A stretch of DNA of 64,000 nucleotides from Candidatus Bathyarchaeota archaeon (GTDB lineage Archaea > Thermoproteota > Bathyarchaeia > 40CM-2-53-6), in contig VBBQ01000026.1 in assembly GCA_005888755.1 (NCBI GenBank), forward strand, positions 20,434 through 84,433, read 5' to 3'. Within the stretch, counting starts at the first letter, position 1. Every line of letters starts with the position of its first letter. Below are positions 1 to 9,527 of this stretch, piece after piece. Below the pieces are notes generated by a model. It was not told the origin of the DNA and ran no database searches. It saw nothing but the letters and a program-made list of their open reading frames with translations. A program made the position numbers and the translations under genes.

Positions 1-504
1 ATTGTGCGTTAGCGATGCGGCGATCTCGTAGGTCAGGGTCCCGCTTCTTGACGCGAGTCCGACCTTCCCGGGCTTGAACACATCGCCAGGCATTATCCCC
101 AGCTTAGCTTCACCTGCACTGATTATTCCCGGAGTGTTGGGACCAATGATAGTCGCTCCACGGGTTCTTGCATATTCGATGAGGATCATCGAGTCTCTCG
201 CCGGGATCATCTCTGTGATTATCACGACTGGGCTTAGTCCGGCGTCGATCGCTTCCATCCCAGCCTCTTTGGCGTACGGTGCTGGAACGAAGATTATGGA
301 GGCGTTAGCATCCGTCTTTTCGAGAGCTGAGGCTACGGTATCGAACACCGGGACACCGACCGAGGTTGTTCCTCCTTTTCCGGGTGTTACGCCGGCGATG
401 ATTCTTGTTCCATAGTCGAGCATCAGTCTGGTGTGGAAGCTGCCTTGGTTGCCGGTTATTCCCTGGACTATTGCCCGGGTCTGTTTCCCCATCAAAACTG
501 CCAT
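1..504 (-). CDS. sucD: Succinyl-CoA synthetase alpha subunit (5' part; runs off left edge)
   Basis: Not in ORF track; manual translation from ATG at 504: [45 protein letters not shown]...[10 protein letters not shown]...[12 protein letters not shown]; directly follows sucC. Confidence 0.95.
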   Translation of the reverse strand, partial: MAVLMGKQTRAIVQGITGNQGSFHTRLMLDYGTRIIAGVTPGKGGTTSVGVPVFDTVASALEKTDANASIIFVPAPYAKEAGMEAIDAGLSPVVIITEMIPARDSMILIEYARTRGATIIGPNTPGIISAGEAKLGIMPGDVFKPGKVGLASRSGTLTYEIAASLTHN

Positions 505-1644
505 TTACGCAGCCACCTTGCTTACGGCGAGTCTTGCTGCCTCATCCATTTTGTCCATCGCTGTCAATCCAGCAGACTGGAGTATCCTCCTTCCCTCGTC
601 CTGATTAGTTCCCACCATTCGTATGACGAGAGGTTTCTTGAGGCCCATGACTTTCTTTACGTCAACGATTCCTTTCGCCACCTCGTCGCATCTAGTAATC
701 CCCGCTAGTATGTTGACGAATACGGCACGGACCTTCTCAGCGCCCTGAATGATCTGGAGCGCTGTTGCAACGTGCTCGGCGTTGGCCCCTCCACCAACAT
801 CACAGAAGTTCGCGGGTTTTCCGCCGTACTGTTTGACCAGGTCGAGTGTCGCCATAACGAGTCCTGCGCCATTTCCTATGATACCGATGTCGCCGTCTAG
901 CTCGACGAATGCGAGACCGTTGTCGCGAGCTTTCGACTCCAAAGCAGTGACCTCACCGCTGATCTCCTTTGATCTCTCTTGGAATTAGGGATGTCGGAAG
1001 AGACTGTTATCATCAACTATCACTCTGAGGTCTGCGGCGACGAAACGGCCATCTTGCGTCTCGATGACTGGGTTGCTTTCCACCAGCTCCGCATCATAGA
1101 TCAGTGATAATCGATAGAGATTAGACAGAAAGTCTGAGAACGTGCTTTGTTGCATGCCATGGTATCCGAGCTTCAAAGCGATCAGTCGCGCGTCGTAGCT
1201 CCTCATCCCGAACACGGGGTCGAGACGATGTCTGAGCACTTTCTCGGGAGTTTGTCTGGCGACATCTTCAATATCGATTCCACCCTGGTCTGAAGCGAGA
1301 ACTGTCTGGCACCGGTTTGCTCGATCTAGAACGATACTAGCGAAGAGCTCTTTCTTTGCTGTTGCCTTTTGTTCGATAAGGACCTTCTTGACTTTCTCGC
1401 CTTTGATGGTCATTCCTAGAATCTCGTTTGCTCTAGCCCATGTCTCGTCGGGCTTGCTCGCGAACTTTATTCCTCCAGCCTTTCCGCGGCCAGCAACCAT
1501 GACCTGGGCTTTGATAACGGCCTCGCCACCAATACGCTTGTGAATATCCCGAGCTTCATCTGATGTCGAAGCTACTGCGCCCCGAGGCGTGTTTATGCCG
1601 AGATTTTGCGCGATAGACTTTGCCTCATATTCAAAGAGCTTCAA
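505..1644 (-). pseudogene. sucC: Succinyl-CoA synthetase beta subunit interrupted by one in-frame TAA (985-987)
   Basis: MKLFEYEAK, KAQVMVAGRGKAGGIK and GIIGNGAGLVMATLD motifs; ORFs 985-1644 and 505-942 are in the same frame: FRHP*FQERSKEISGEVTALESKARDNG. Confidence 0.92.
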
Positions 1645-1732
1645 TAAATCTCATCCGAAGTTGCCGGGTCAGAACTCCCATTAGTATTTGGCTGTTATCA
1701 CAAGCGTGTCAGTGGGAAACTCGGTAGATTCA

Positions 1733-2295
1733 TCAGTGGAACTTCTCTCCTCTCTCGAACATCTCGATCATCTGCCTGATCTTCGTCCGCCTCTGCTCTT
1801 CGTTCTTTGCATTCTCTAGCCTGAACACAACGGTGTAGATGTTGGCGCGGTTAAGCGTGCTGAAGAACCCTTCCGCTTCTTTGCTCCTCTGGAGTGCTTT
1901 GATGAAATCCTCGGGCAGTTTTGCGGTGCTTGGTGGGCTGTAGGCTCGGTCCCACCTACCCTCTCTCTTCGCCTCTCTTACCTGTTTGAGGCCGGCTGGT
2001 TTCATTCTTCCTTGTTTAATCAGCGTCTCGACGCGTTTGGTGTTGATCTTTGACCAGATGCTCTTTGGTCTTCGAGGGACGAGTCTGCCCAGCCATGATT
2101 TTTCATAGTAGGGCTTGGCTGGCCGGTGATCCAGCCGTAGCACAAGGCCACATCTAGCGCGTCAGAAGTAGCCATTGAGGAAACGACGGACGCCTTCTTG
2201 AAGAACCGAATCCATACTCCTTCTGATCTTGAGTAGTTTTTGGCCAGCCACCTGTCCCACTGACTCATCGACTGGAATTCGACTATCTCGTCCAT
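1733..2295 (-). pseudogene. YdeI/OmpD-associated family protein, frameshifted near 2120
   Basis: N half ...ALDVALCYGWITGQ (2020-2295) continues in another frame as AKPYYEKSWLGRLVPRRPKSIWSKIN...LPEDFIKAL (1733-2143); one base missing at GGCCAG(G)CCAAG. Confidence 0.85.
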
Positions 2296-2545
2296 GCAAC
2301 CGAAAGGGTTGAGAGGGTCTTGTTAAGTTGCCGGGTGGTTCCGGGCAAATCCTATGCCTAGCACTCGGAGGCTTTGATAGGACCGCCTAAGGTAATGCAT
2401 TTATGAAGCAGGACCTTCCTTAGGTGAGAAGTCGGCTGAAGCCGCTTAAGATAGGTCAACGCTTGTTCGGGCGAGAGAATCCCAAGATTCGAGAAACTCA
2501 GGCAGACTGGACGCTATCACTTCATCCACGCGGGTCGAGGAATCA

Positions 2546-3058
2546 ATGGTAAAGACAATCCTCGATAACTTCTGTGTTAAGAGCGGAATCTTCTGTTCTC
2601 GTTGTGAGGAGAAGCTGAAGAAGGGTCAAATTACCGATCTTGATATCCGGGTTATTCGTAGTATTACTGAATTGGAGAAAGAGAACCCGACACTACAGGA
2701 CGTTACCTTCCACAAGGCGGTTGAGGCGGGTGATATCATGGCGCTCATGGTTGACAGGAGGGGGATGGACGCCTTCCTTGCCAGCGGTGCCAAGCTGGCC
2801 AAGAATCTCGGTGACCGAGTCGGTAGACGAGTGAAGGTCCTCAGCCAGGGTGGAGACGATAGAGACTTTCTCGAGGGGCTTTTCACACCCTTCTCGATTT
2901 TGACGATTAATACTATCTGGCTGCCAGATGGTAGTCGGGAGACCAAGGTTATCCTTAACGGACGAAGACCTTATCGAAACCCTGTGGATTTTGAAGTCGT
3001 CAAGAAACTCGCGCGTGAATTGAAGAGTCTAACGCTCAGGATAGAGTTCGAAGGCTGA
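2546..3058 (+). CDS. Archaeal NusA-like KH-domain transcription factor with N-terminal Cys motif
   Basis: FCVKSGIFCSRCEEK N-terminus and KH-like region, typical of archaeal NusA paralogs. Confidence 0.7.
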   Translation: MVKTILDNFCVKSGIFCSRCEEKLKKGQITDLDIRVIRSITELEKENPTLQDVTFHKAVEAGDIMALMVDRRGMDAFLASGAKLAKNLGDRVGRRVKVLSQGGDDRDFLEGLFTPFSILTINTIWLPDGSRETKVILNGRRPYRNPVDFEVVKKLARELKSLTLRIEFEG

Positions 3059-3066
3059 TCTTCCCC

Positions 3067-4263
3067 TTGGGAAGCCCCTCCGATCGTTACGATGTAGTTA
3101 CGGTTGGAGCAGGAGTTGCTGGCTGCGAAGCGGCCCTAGAAGCATCTAAGAAAAACGCCCGGGTTCTACTGCTGGAAGAACATCCCCAGGTGGGCTTGCC
3201 GAGTCATTGTTCTGGTGTTGTGAGCCTCAAAGGACTCGAACTCTTGGGACTGGAAGCTCATTCTAGTTTTAGCCAGAAGCTGATTCATGGTGCGAGGTTC
3301 TATCCTCCTCACGGTGAACCGATAGAGGTTCGGAAGAAAGGTCCTGTTGCGCTTATTCTGAACAGGATGAAATTGGACCAGTTTCTGGCGAAGCAGGCTG
3401 TGGCGGCGGGGGCGGAGCTTCGTGCTAAGACTCGGACGTCAAAGTTCGAACGGACCTCCGATGGGGACCTTCTAACCCTCGGAGATGGGTCGAAGGTTCA
3501 GGGTAGAGTGGTTATCGATGCGAGTGGTGCTGGAAGTAGGCTGCCGGAGCAGGCCGGTCTTCAGACGCCTGATTGGGCGCAGATCCTGCCGGGCTTGCAG
3601 TACGAGCTGGTCGAGATGAAGGAGCAGAGTGATCTGGTTGAGCTTTTCTTCGGGTCCAAGAGAGCACCAGGATTCTTCGCATGGAGCATTCCTACTGGGA
3701 AAAATAGTGCAAGAGTTGGTCTCGCTTCGAAGAAGGGTAATGTGAAGAAATTTCTCGATGACCTTGTGAAAGAGCAGTGGCCGAAAGCCATAGTCGATGC
3801 GACGAAGTCAGGATCAGTTCTTGTCGCCGGGCCATTATCGAGATGCTGGTCGCCTGGTTTTATCGTGGTCGGAGATGCGGCTGGACAGGTCAAACAGACG
3901 ACTGGAGGAGGTATTGTTATCGGGGGCTACTGCGGAAAACTAGCCGGAATCGCGGCAGCGTCTTCCGCTGCCCATGTTGGAGTAGACTCTGAGCAGTTTC
4001 TCCGGGACTACGATGCAAAGTGGAGAGAAAAATTCGGGTCTGACCTGCGAAAGATGGGTCTAGCACGGAAATTGTTCGCCAGCCTCTCTGATGAAACACT
4101 TGATCGATTGTTCACGGTTTTGCGGGACAATGTTTCCGAGATCGAGGAGGAAGGAGACATGGATTTCCAGGGGAAAATCATCACTCGCATGCTGAAAAAG
4201 AGAAAAGTCGCGACACTACTCCCGCGCGTTGCAGCAGACGCCGTCAAGGCGATATTCTCCTAA
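3067..4263 (+). CDS. Geranylgeranyl reductase family FAD-dependent oxidoreductase
   Basis: GAGVAG FAD motif, HCSG, APGFFAWSIP, VGDAAGQVKQTTGGGI. Confidence 0.88.
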   Translation: MGSPSDRYDVVTVGAGVAGCEAALEASKKNARVLLLEEHPQVGLPSHCSGVVSLKGLELLGLEAHSSFSQKLIHGARFYPPHGEPIEVRKKGPVALILNRMKLDQFLAKQAVAAGAELRAKTRTSKFERTSDGDLLTLGDGSKVQGRVVIDASGAGSRLPEQAGLQTPDWAQILPGLQYELVEMKEQSDLVELFFGSKRAPGFFAWSIPTGKNSARVGLASKKGNVKKFLDDLVKEQWPKAIVDATKSGSVLVAGPLSRCWSPGFIVVGDAAGQVKQTTGGGIVIGGYCGKLAGIAAASSAAHVGVDSEQFLRDYDAKWREKFGSDLRKMGLARKLFASLSDETLDRLFTVLRDNVSEIEEEGDMDFQGKIITRMLKKRKVATLLPRVAADAVKAIFS

Positions 4264-4580
4264 TCGTGTTTGGCGTTGTCAGGGCCAAATAGTGCCATTT
4301 TGTAAGGGAACAATTCGGCCCGGAAAACCTTGTTCTTCACCGCGGGATCATTAAGCATGATCTCGCGCGCCGCTTCAATAGTTTCTGCATTGAAAAGCAC
4401 AATTCCAAAGCTACTGTAGTCGGTATTCTGCGTACGTCCGGCGAGAATTACCACGCCATCGTTCGTAAGCTACTTCAGGTAATTAAAATGCTCAGAGACG
4501 ATGTGCGACTCGAACTCAGTAGAACCATTCGCTAACATATCGTGACGTACCGGCTGGATCCGATAAAGAAATTGACCCAA
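4260..4580 (-). pseudogene. YCII-related protein with in-frame TAG at 4470-4472
   Basis: Manual translation from TTG 4580: MGQFLYRIQPVRHDMLANGSTEFESHIVSEHFNYLK*LTNDGVVILAGRT...IMLNDPAVKNKVFRAELFPY (YCII His and DP motifs). Confidence 0.8.
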
Positions 4581-4657
4581 CCCCTCTTAACAGACTCCTA
4601 TCATTCGCGACGGATCTTCGTCCAGTTTAAGAAGCCTTAGCGCTGTCCTCGGAGAAG

Positions 4658-5806
4658 TTGTCTATGAAAATCCTCGTTGTGGGATGCGGCAAAGTAGGGT
4701 CAGAGATCGCTCGGGATCTTGCTGGGTCAAACGAGGTTGATTCTGTGGTTGCGATGGATGCTAGCTCTCAGAACTTGAGGCTCCTGAGGAAACGGGTTCT
4801 GGGGAAGCTCCAGACTGTTAAGCTGAGCATATCGCAAGAGCCTCGTTTTCATGCTCTCCTACGAAAAGTCGATCTTGTCTGTGGTGCTTTGCCGGGAAGG
4901 CTTGGCTTTGATCTGATGACTGAAACGGTCAAGGCTGGAAAGGATACTGTGGACATTTCCTATACTCCGAGGGACGCTTTCCTGCTTCAAGGTCAGGCGA
5001 GGGAGGTTGGTTGTCGGGTTGTGCCTCAGTGTGGTGTGGCGCCGGGTTTCACGAACATGTGTGTTGGTGACGCTTCGAGGAGACTGGATCAGATGAAATC
5101 GGTGGGGATCTTTGTGGGTGGTCTTCCGGAGAAGCCTGAACTTCCTTTGAACTACCGCGTCGTGTTTTCCCTTGAAGATGTAGTGAACGAGTATACTCGA
5201 CCCGCACTAGTCGTCGAGAAGGGCAAGCGCAAGAAAGTTGACCCACTGTCCGGCCTTGGCTACACAAGCTTCCCCGGGGTTGGCCAGTTGGAATATTTTC
5301 TCACTGATGGTCTCGGCTCACTCCCCAGAAGTTATCCGAAAACCAGAGAGATGCACGAGTTTACGCTTAGGTATCCGGGACATGCGGATATGATGCGCAC
5401 GCTTCAGGTCCTCGGCTTCTTTGAACGTAAATCGGTCAAGATTGGCGATGTCGAATTAGAGCCTCGGCAGCTGACGATAGAGCGGCTTCGCGGAGCAATG
5501 TCACACGGATCTCCCGAAGACTTTCTGGCCTTGAGAGTTGAAGTGAAGGGCTTGTCCCGCGGAAAGAAAATTCATATCAGATACCAGCTTCTCGACCATT
5601 ACAACCGACGATCAGGGGTTTCAGCCATGGCTAGGACGACAGCCTACCCGTGCACCTCTGTCGCGCTGCTCATGGGACGCGCAGAGATCAAAGAGACAGG
5701 TATCGTTACTCCGGAAAGCATCGCTCAAGACCCGAAGCTCTTCCGGTTTGTGACAGACCGGCTTTCCGAGCATGGCGTCAAAATGAAAATGAGCACACTG
5801 AGCTAG
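4658..5806 (+). CDS. Saccharopine dehydrogenase / lysine 6-dehydrogenase family
   Basis: GCGKVG Rossmann motif, CGVAPG, FVGGLP, FSLEDVVNEYTRP, TLRYPGH, SAMARTTAYP. Confidence 0.88.
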   Translation: MSMKILVVGCGKVGSEIARDLAGSNEVDSVVAMDASSQNLRLLRKRVLGKLQTVKLSISQEPRFHALLRKVDLVCGALPGRLGFDLMTETVKAGKDTVDISYTPRDAFLLQGQAREVGCRVVPQCGVAPGFTNMCVGDASRRLDQMKSVGIFVGGLPEKPELPLNYRVVFSLEDVVNEYTRPALVVEKGKRKKVDPLSGLGYTSFPGVGQLEYFLTDGLGSLPRSYPKTREMHEFTLRYPGHADMMRTLQVLGFFERKSVKIGDVELEPRQLTIERLRGAMSHGSPEDFLALRVEVKGLSRGKKIHIRYQLLDHYNRRSGVSAMARTTAYPCTSVALLMGRAEIKETGIVTPESIAQDPKLFRFVTDRLSEHGVKMKMSTLS

Positions 5807-6070
5807 GCGTCGACATCGGAAACGTTTCTATGATAAATGCCTGAGTTCATTGAACCTGTGGATCTCAGGGGTCCCAGATTAGTTTCCGGCTGGGCAATTC
5901 GGTCTCGTCTCATTTTCATCACTCAACACCCGATAATTATGGCCCTGTGCAGTCTTCGTGACTTGCGGCTGATGGACCTCCGCGAACTAGCTCAACGACA
6001 AACCGAGGAAACTCAGGAACCAGGCAAACGGAGAAGGAGGGCCAGACCGTCAAAGAGGGATGGCTGAAGT

Positions 6071-6105
6071 AGAAAAAGGGGAGGGCCCCAAGTTTGACGG
6101 GCCCT
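6071..6105 (-). terminator. Hairpin plus T-run terminator downstream of 6104-6982
   Basis: AGGGCCC (6082-6088) / GGGCCCT (6099-6105) stem followed on the minus strand by CCCTTTTTCT. Confidence 0.6.
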
Positions 6106-6982
6106 ATGGGAATCTGGTTACACCGTTGACCTGTATGTTCCGGAATAGAACAGTCTGGGTTCCGCCTGGAGCACCAGCGTTGGACGACCATGAACCGTCA
6201 GTTACGAGGTAGATCGAAGAAATCGTCAGACCGAGTCCATCAGCACAGGTTACAGCCGCGGAATAGGTGGCGTAGGGATATGTCGGGGTGCAGTAGTGGG
6301 ATATGTCCCAGCGGTTTCCTGCTGAGTCGGTTGCATAGTTCCCACTTGGATCAGCTACTGAAGTATCCTGTGTCCAAGAGCCAGTAGGGCAGCTTTGAAA
6401 GATTGTGGCAAGATCCCCGATATAGACGTGGATGGTGTTATGCACGCCGGCAGGATTTACCATGTCCAGGGTAAACCTTGGAGAACCTACACCGCAGTTA
6501 CCGTCTTGGACATTGTATTGAGTCGCGAGCGTTGTGAGCTGGTCGAGCGTCAAGCCTCTTGCATTGCGTGTTACGAACCCTCCGAACGTAAATGTTCCAG
6601 CTGACAAGCAAGTATTGGGCCATGGTGAACAGAAGGACTGTGTATAGACCACAGTGTCGCACCCGCTTGAGTCACAGAAATGTTCAGGTTTGGCAGTTCC
6701 GAAGAAGGTCGCGCCATTGGTCGGATCTGGCGGAGTAGGGTCGTTGATGACTGTTAGAAAGATATTGTTAGTTGCCAAGGCAGTGGCGGTTGCGGTTCCA
6801 GGGATCAATGCAGCTGTGACAAAGTCGTAGCTGTACGATACTGTTGTGGTAATGGGAGTGAAGTTAGCGCTGACATAGTTCACCGGGGTTGACGAATCGC
6901 CAAACACGGCTGATACGCCGCTGATTCCTGTTACCAGAAGCGCTGTGATGGCGAGAACTGAAAGTCTTCTGAGACCAGTCAT
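6104..6982 (-). CDS. Secreted Cys-containing hypothetical protein
   Basis: 292-aa ORF, signal peptide MTGLRRLSVLAITALLVTG, Thr/Ser-rich, several Cys. Confidence 0.8.
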   Translation of the reverse strand: MTGLRRLSVLAITALLVTGISGVSAVFGDSSTPVNYVSANFTPITTTVSYSYDFVTAALIPGTATATALATNNIFLTVINDPTPPDPTNGATFFGTAKPEHFCDSSGCDTVVYTQSFCSPWPNTCLSAGTFTFGGFVTRNARGLTLDQLTTLATQYNVQDGNCGVGSPRFTLDMVNPAGVHNTIHVYIGDLATIFQSCPTGSWTQDTSVADPSGNYATDSAGNRWDISHYCTPTYPYATYSAAVTCADGLGLTISSIYLVTDGSWSSNAGAPGGTQTVLFRNIQVNGVTRFP

Positions 6983-7040
6983 TTGTTTTCAACTACTTCG
7001 CCTTCTGTGTGGAAATATATGGAATGTTCCAGCCTGCAAT

Positions 7041-7085
7041 ATTTTCGAAACTCGACATTATCGAGATTGGAGATTTTCGAAAAAA
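7041..7085. promoter_or_regulatory. Cluster of palindromes (candidate operator) between divergent genes
   Basis: ATTTTCGAAA-CTCGAcattaTCGAG-attggag-ATTTTCGAAAAAAT in an AT-rich intergenic region. Confidence 0.4.
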
Positions 7086-7237
7086 TGAAATTGTCAGATC
7101 TTGATATGTCGCAGGGTGATACTTTCGGATTGTTCACCGACACCTTTCGAGAGGCGTTTCCTTAGTTAAGCCTGCGGCCATAGACCTTTCTTGATTCTCA
7201 GGCCGAGCTTAACTAGATCGCTGACTTTGGCAATTCC

Positions 7238-7990
7238 GTGCCTGTAAGGTCGTATCTCCTGGTGAGAAACTCGCGAATCTATTATGAGACATCAGGCGCC
7301 GGCGAGCCCCTGCTACTATTGCACGGAGGACTGGGGACTGTCGAAGACTTCTCTTCACAGACTCCGGAGCTGGCGAAGCATTTCAAGGTGGTTGCTTTCG
7401 AACGGCCCGGACACGGGCATACCGCCGATACTGCTGAACCCTTCAGTTTCGCCACCGTGGCGTCCACTGTTGACTTTATTGAAGCGATGAAACTTGGCCC
7501 GATGAACCTTATCGGGTGGAGCGACGGAGCCATCATCGCTCTTCAAGTCGCCATCTCTCGGCCGGATCTGGTCAAACGCCTTGTCTCCGTAAGCGGGCTC
7601 TTCAATGCCAAATCTCAGTCACCAGAAGATCTGAAATGGATTAGATCGCTCACACCGGAGTCCTTCAGGAAACTCATGCCGGGCCTAGTAAGACGTTACG
7701 ACGAAGTCTCCCCTGACGGTCCTGCTCACTTCCCGGTTGTGCTCGAGAAAACGAAGAGGCTGTGGCTCAACGAGCCCGACATTACAAGGGAAGAGCTGGC
7801 AAAGATTAGTGCCGGTACGATGGTAGTGGCTGGAGACAGGGACTCGATTCCCCTAGAACATACGCTGGAGCTGTTCAGGTCGATCAATGGTGCGCAACTT
7901 TGTATCATCCCGGGGTCCACGCATTTCCTGATGTCCGAGAAGCCTGACGCGGTTAACAGAGCAATCTTGGAGTTCCTGGCAGTGAAATAG
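7238..7990 (+). CDS. Alpha/beta hydrolase
   Basis: LLLLHGG, GHGHT, GWSDG nucleophile elbow, GDRD acid, THFL His. Confidence 0.9.
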   Translation: MPVRSYLLVRNSRIYYETSGAGEPLLLLHGGLGTVEDFSSQTPELAKHFKVVAFERPGHGHTADTAEPFSFATVASTVDFIEAMKLGPMNLIGWSDGAIIALQVAISRPDLVKRLVSVSGLFNAKSQSPEDLKWIRSLTPESFRKLMPGLVRRYDEVSPDGPAHFPVVLEKTKRLWLNEPDITREELAKISAGTMVVAGDRDSIPLEHTLELFRSINGAQLCIIPGSTHFLMSEKPDAVNRAILEFLAVK

Positions 7991-8054
7991 AGACTGAATG
8001 AGTCCCTTCGCTAGATGATTCCAAGCGACACCGCGAAAGAAGTTATAGAGGACA

Positions 8055-8747
8055 ATGAAAAAAGAGGACTGGAAAACAGGGGAAATCGAGATGACAAAGA
8101 GCAAGGTGTTTTTCGATGTGGTTGCATCTATCGACGGTTTTGTTGCTCCTGAGGGAATGGATCTGGCCCACGCGAACGACCCGGAGTACAAGCATTGGCT
8201 CAGCCAGTGGATGAGGCTCCAGAACTGGGTGTTCCAGCAGAAGTTCTTCCGCGAGAACCTCAAACAGGGCGAAGGCGGCGAGACTGGCCATGACAACCGG
8301 TTGTTAGAGGAGACGTTCAAACGGACAGGCGTGAGCATCATGGGGAACCAGATGTTCAGCGGAGGAGAACGCTTCTGGCCCGAAGAAGCCCCCTTTCACA
8401 CACCAGTCTATGTCCTGACCCACAAGGTTCGGAAACCCTGGGAACGGCCCGGCGGGACCACTTTCTACTTCGTGAATGATGGAATAGAGAGTGCGCTTGG
8501 ACAGGCGGGGAAAGCCGCGGGGAACAGGGATATTCGAATCGCGGGAGGAGCTAACGTTATTCAGCAGTATCTGAACGCTGGGTTGGTTGATGAGTTTACG
8601 ATCCACTACTCGCCAGTGTTTTTCGGCCAAGGCGTGCAACTGTTTTCTCGAATAACCAAGAACATTAGCGTGAAGATCAAGGGAGCAGTCGCGTCCAAAG
8701 AAGTTACGCATGTTACATTCGAGGTAGAGAAGAGTGCTATGCCCTAG
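8055..8747 (+). CDS. Dihydrofolate reductase / RibD C-terminal family protein
   Basis: ASIDGFVA, IMGNQMF, IAGGANVIQQYLNAGLVDEF, PVFFGQG. Confidence 0.88.
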   Translation: MKKEDWKTGEIEMTKSKVFFDVVASIDGFVAPEGMDLAHANDPEYKHWLSQWMRLQNWVFQQKFFRENLKQGEGGETGHDNRLLEETFKRTGVSIMGNQMFSGGERFWPEEAPFHTPVYVLTHKVRKPWERPGGTTFYFVNDGIESALGQAGKAAGNRDIRIAGGANVIQQYLNAGLVDEFTIHYSPVFFGQGVQLFSRITKNISVKIKGAVASKEVTHVTFEVEKSAMP

Positions 8748-8827
8748 ATGACCTGGTCTTTTTGGAATCCCGGTGTTTGCAGACACGATTTTTATATACC
8801 CGTATACCGTTATACCTCTCGATCCGA

Positions 8828-9037
8828 TTGGTCGAATCGACTACGGTGAAGGTCTCCAAGCAGACGGTCAGAAGGCTAGCGGCCCTGCAGAGGAGCTTCC
8901 ACACCAAGAGCATGGATGAAACGATAGAGATTCTCGTCAAGAGGCGGAGGAAGGAGACGCTCGACGCAGTCTTCGGGAGCGACTTGAAGAAGACGAGAAA
9001 GTTCACGGAGGAGGATCGCCTCGAGGATCGTAGTTGA
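8828..9037 (+). CDS. Putative VapB-type antitoxin (ribbon-helix-helix-like)
   Basis: TTG start; STTVKVSKQTVRRLAAL...SMDETIEIL; overlaps a PIN toxin. Confidence 0.7.
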   Translation: MVESTTVKVSKQTVRRLAALQRSFHTKSMDETIEILVKRRRKETLDAVFGSDLKKTRKFTEEDRLEDRS

Positions 9038-9431
9038 CTCCTGGGCCTGGGTCGAGCTGTTCAAGGCTAGCAAGACTGGTGGAATAGCGAAGGAACGGAT
9101 CGAGAATGCCGATGATGTTTTCACGCCGAGCCTTGTTCTTGCGGAATTAGCAATGAAATACCTCAAAGAGGGTGAGGATCAACGCCTCATCCACACGTGG
9201 CTCCAGAGCATATCCGAAGCCACACAACTGGTCGAGGTTGATATAGAATCGGCGGAGGAATCAGCGAGGGCAGCGCTCGAACTGGCGAGGAAGGCACGAG
9301 ACGGAGGTCTCGGGACGCCAGGCCTTGGCGATGCAATAGTACTAGCCACTGCAAGAATCTGCCGCGCGCAAGTACTTACTGGGGACCCACACTTCAAAGG
9401 CCTACCTGAAACTCAGTGGCTCGGCGAGTGA
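9021..9431 (+). CDS. vapC: VapC PIN-domain toxin; canonical start codon absent (TCG at 9021)
   Basis: The frame of ORF 9153-9431 extends upstream: RIVVDSWAWVELF...VLAELA...GDAIVLATA...LTGDPHF; no ATG/GTG/TTG between the in-frame TGA (8985) and the PIN Asp. Confidence 0.85.
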   Translation, partial: SRIVVDSWAWVELFKASKTGGIAKERIENADDVFTPSLVLAELAMKYLKEGEDQRLIHTWLQSISEATQLVEVDIESAEESARAALELARKARDGGLGTPGLGDAIVLATARICRAQVLTGDPHFKGLPETQWLGE

Positions 9432-9527
9432 ATGACGCGAAGACTCAAGACCTGAAATCCTACCGGAAGACGTTCCGAACAGGTTTACTCATATTTCCAG
9501 TTCGTCGAATACCAGCCGCTCATACAA

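Noticed and set aside
2400-2445. C/D box sRNA upstream of the NusA-like gene
   Set aside because: C box is a poor match (TTATGAAG) and guide spacing is unconvincing
4470-4472. In-frame TAG in YCII (and near 38830) as pyrrolysine or stop recoding
   Set aside because: Many genes here clearly end in TAG, the sucC interruption is TAA, and no pyl genes are present
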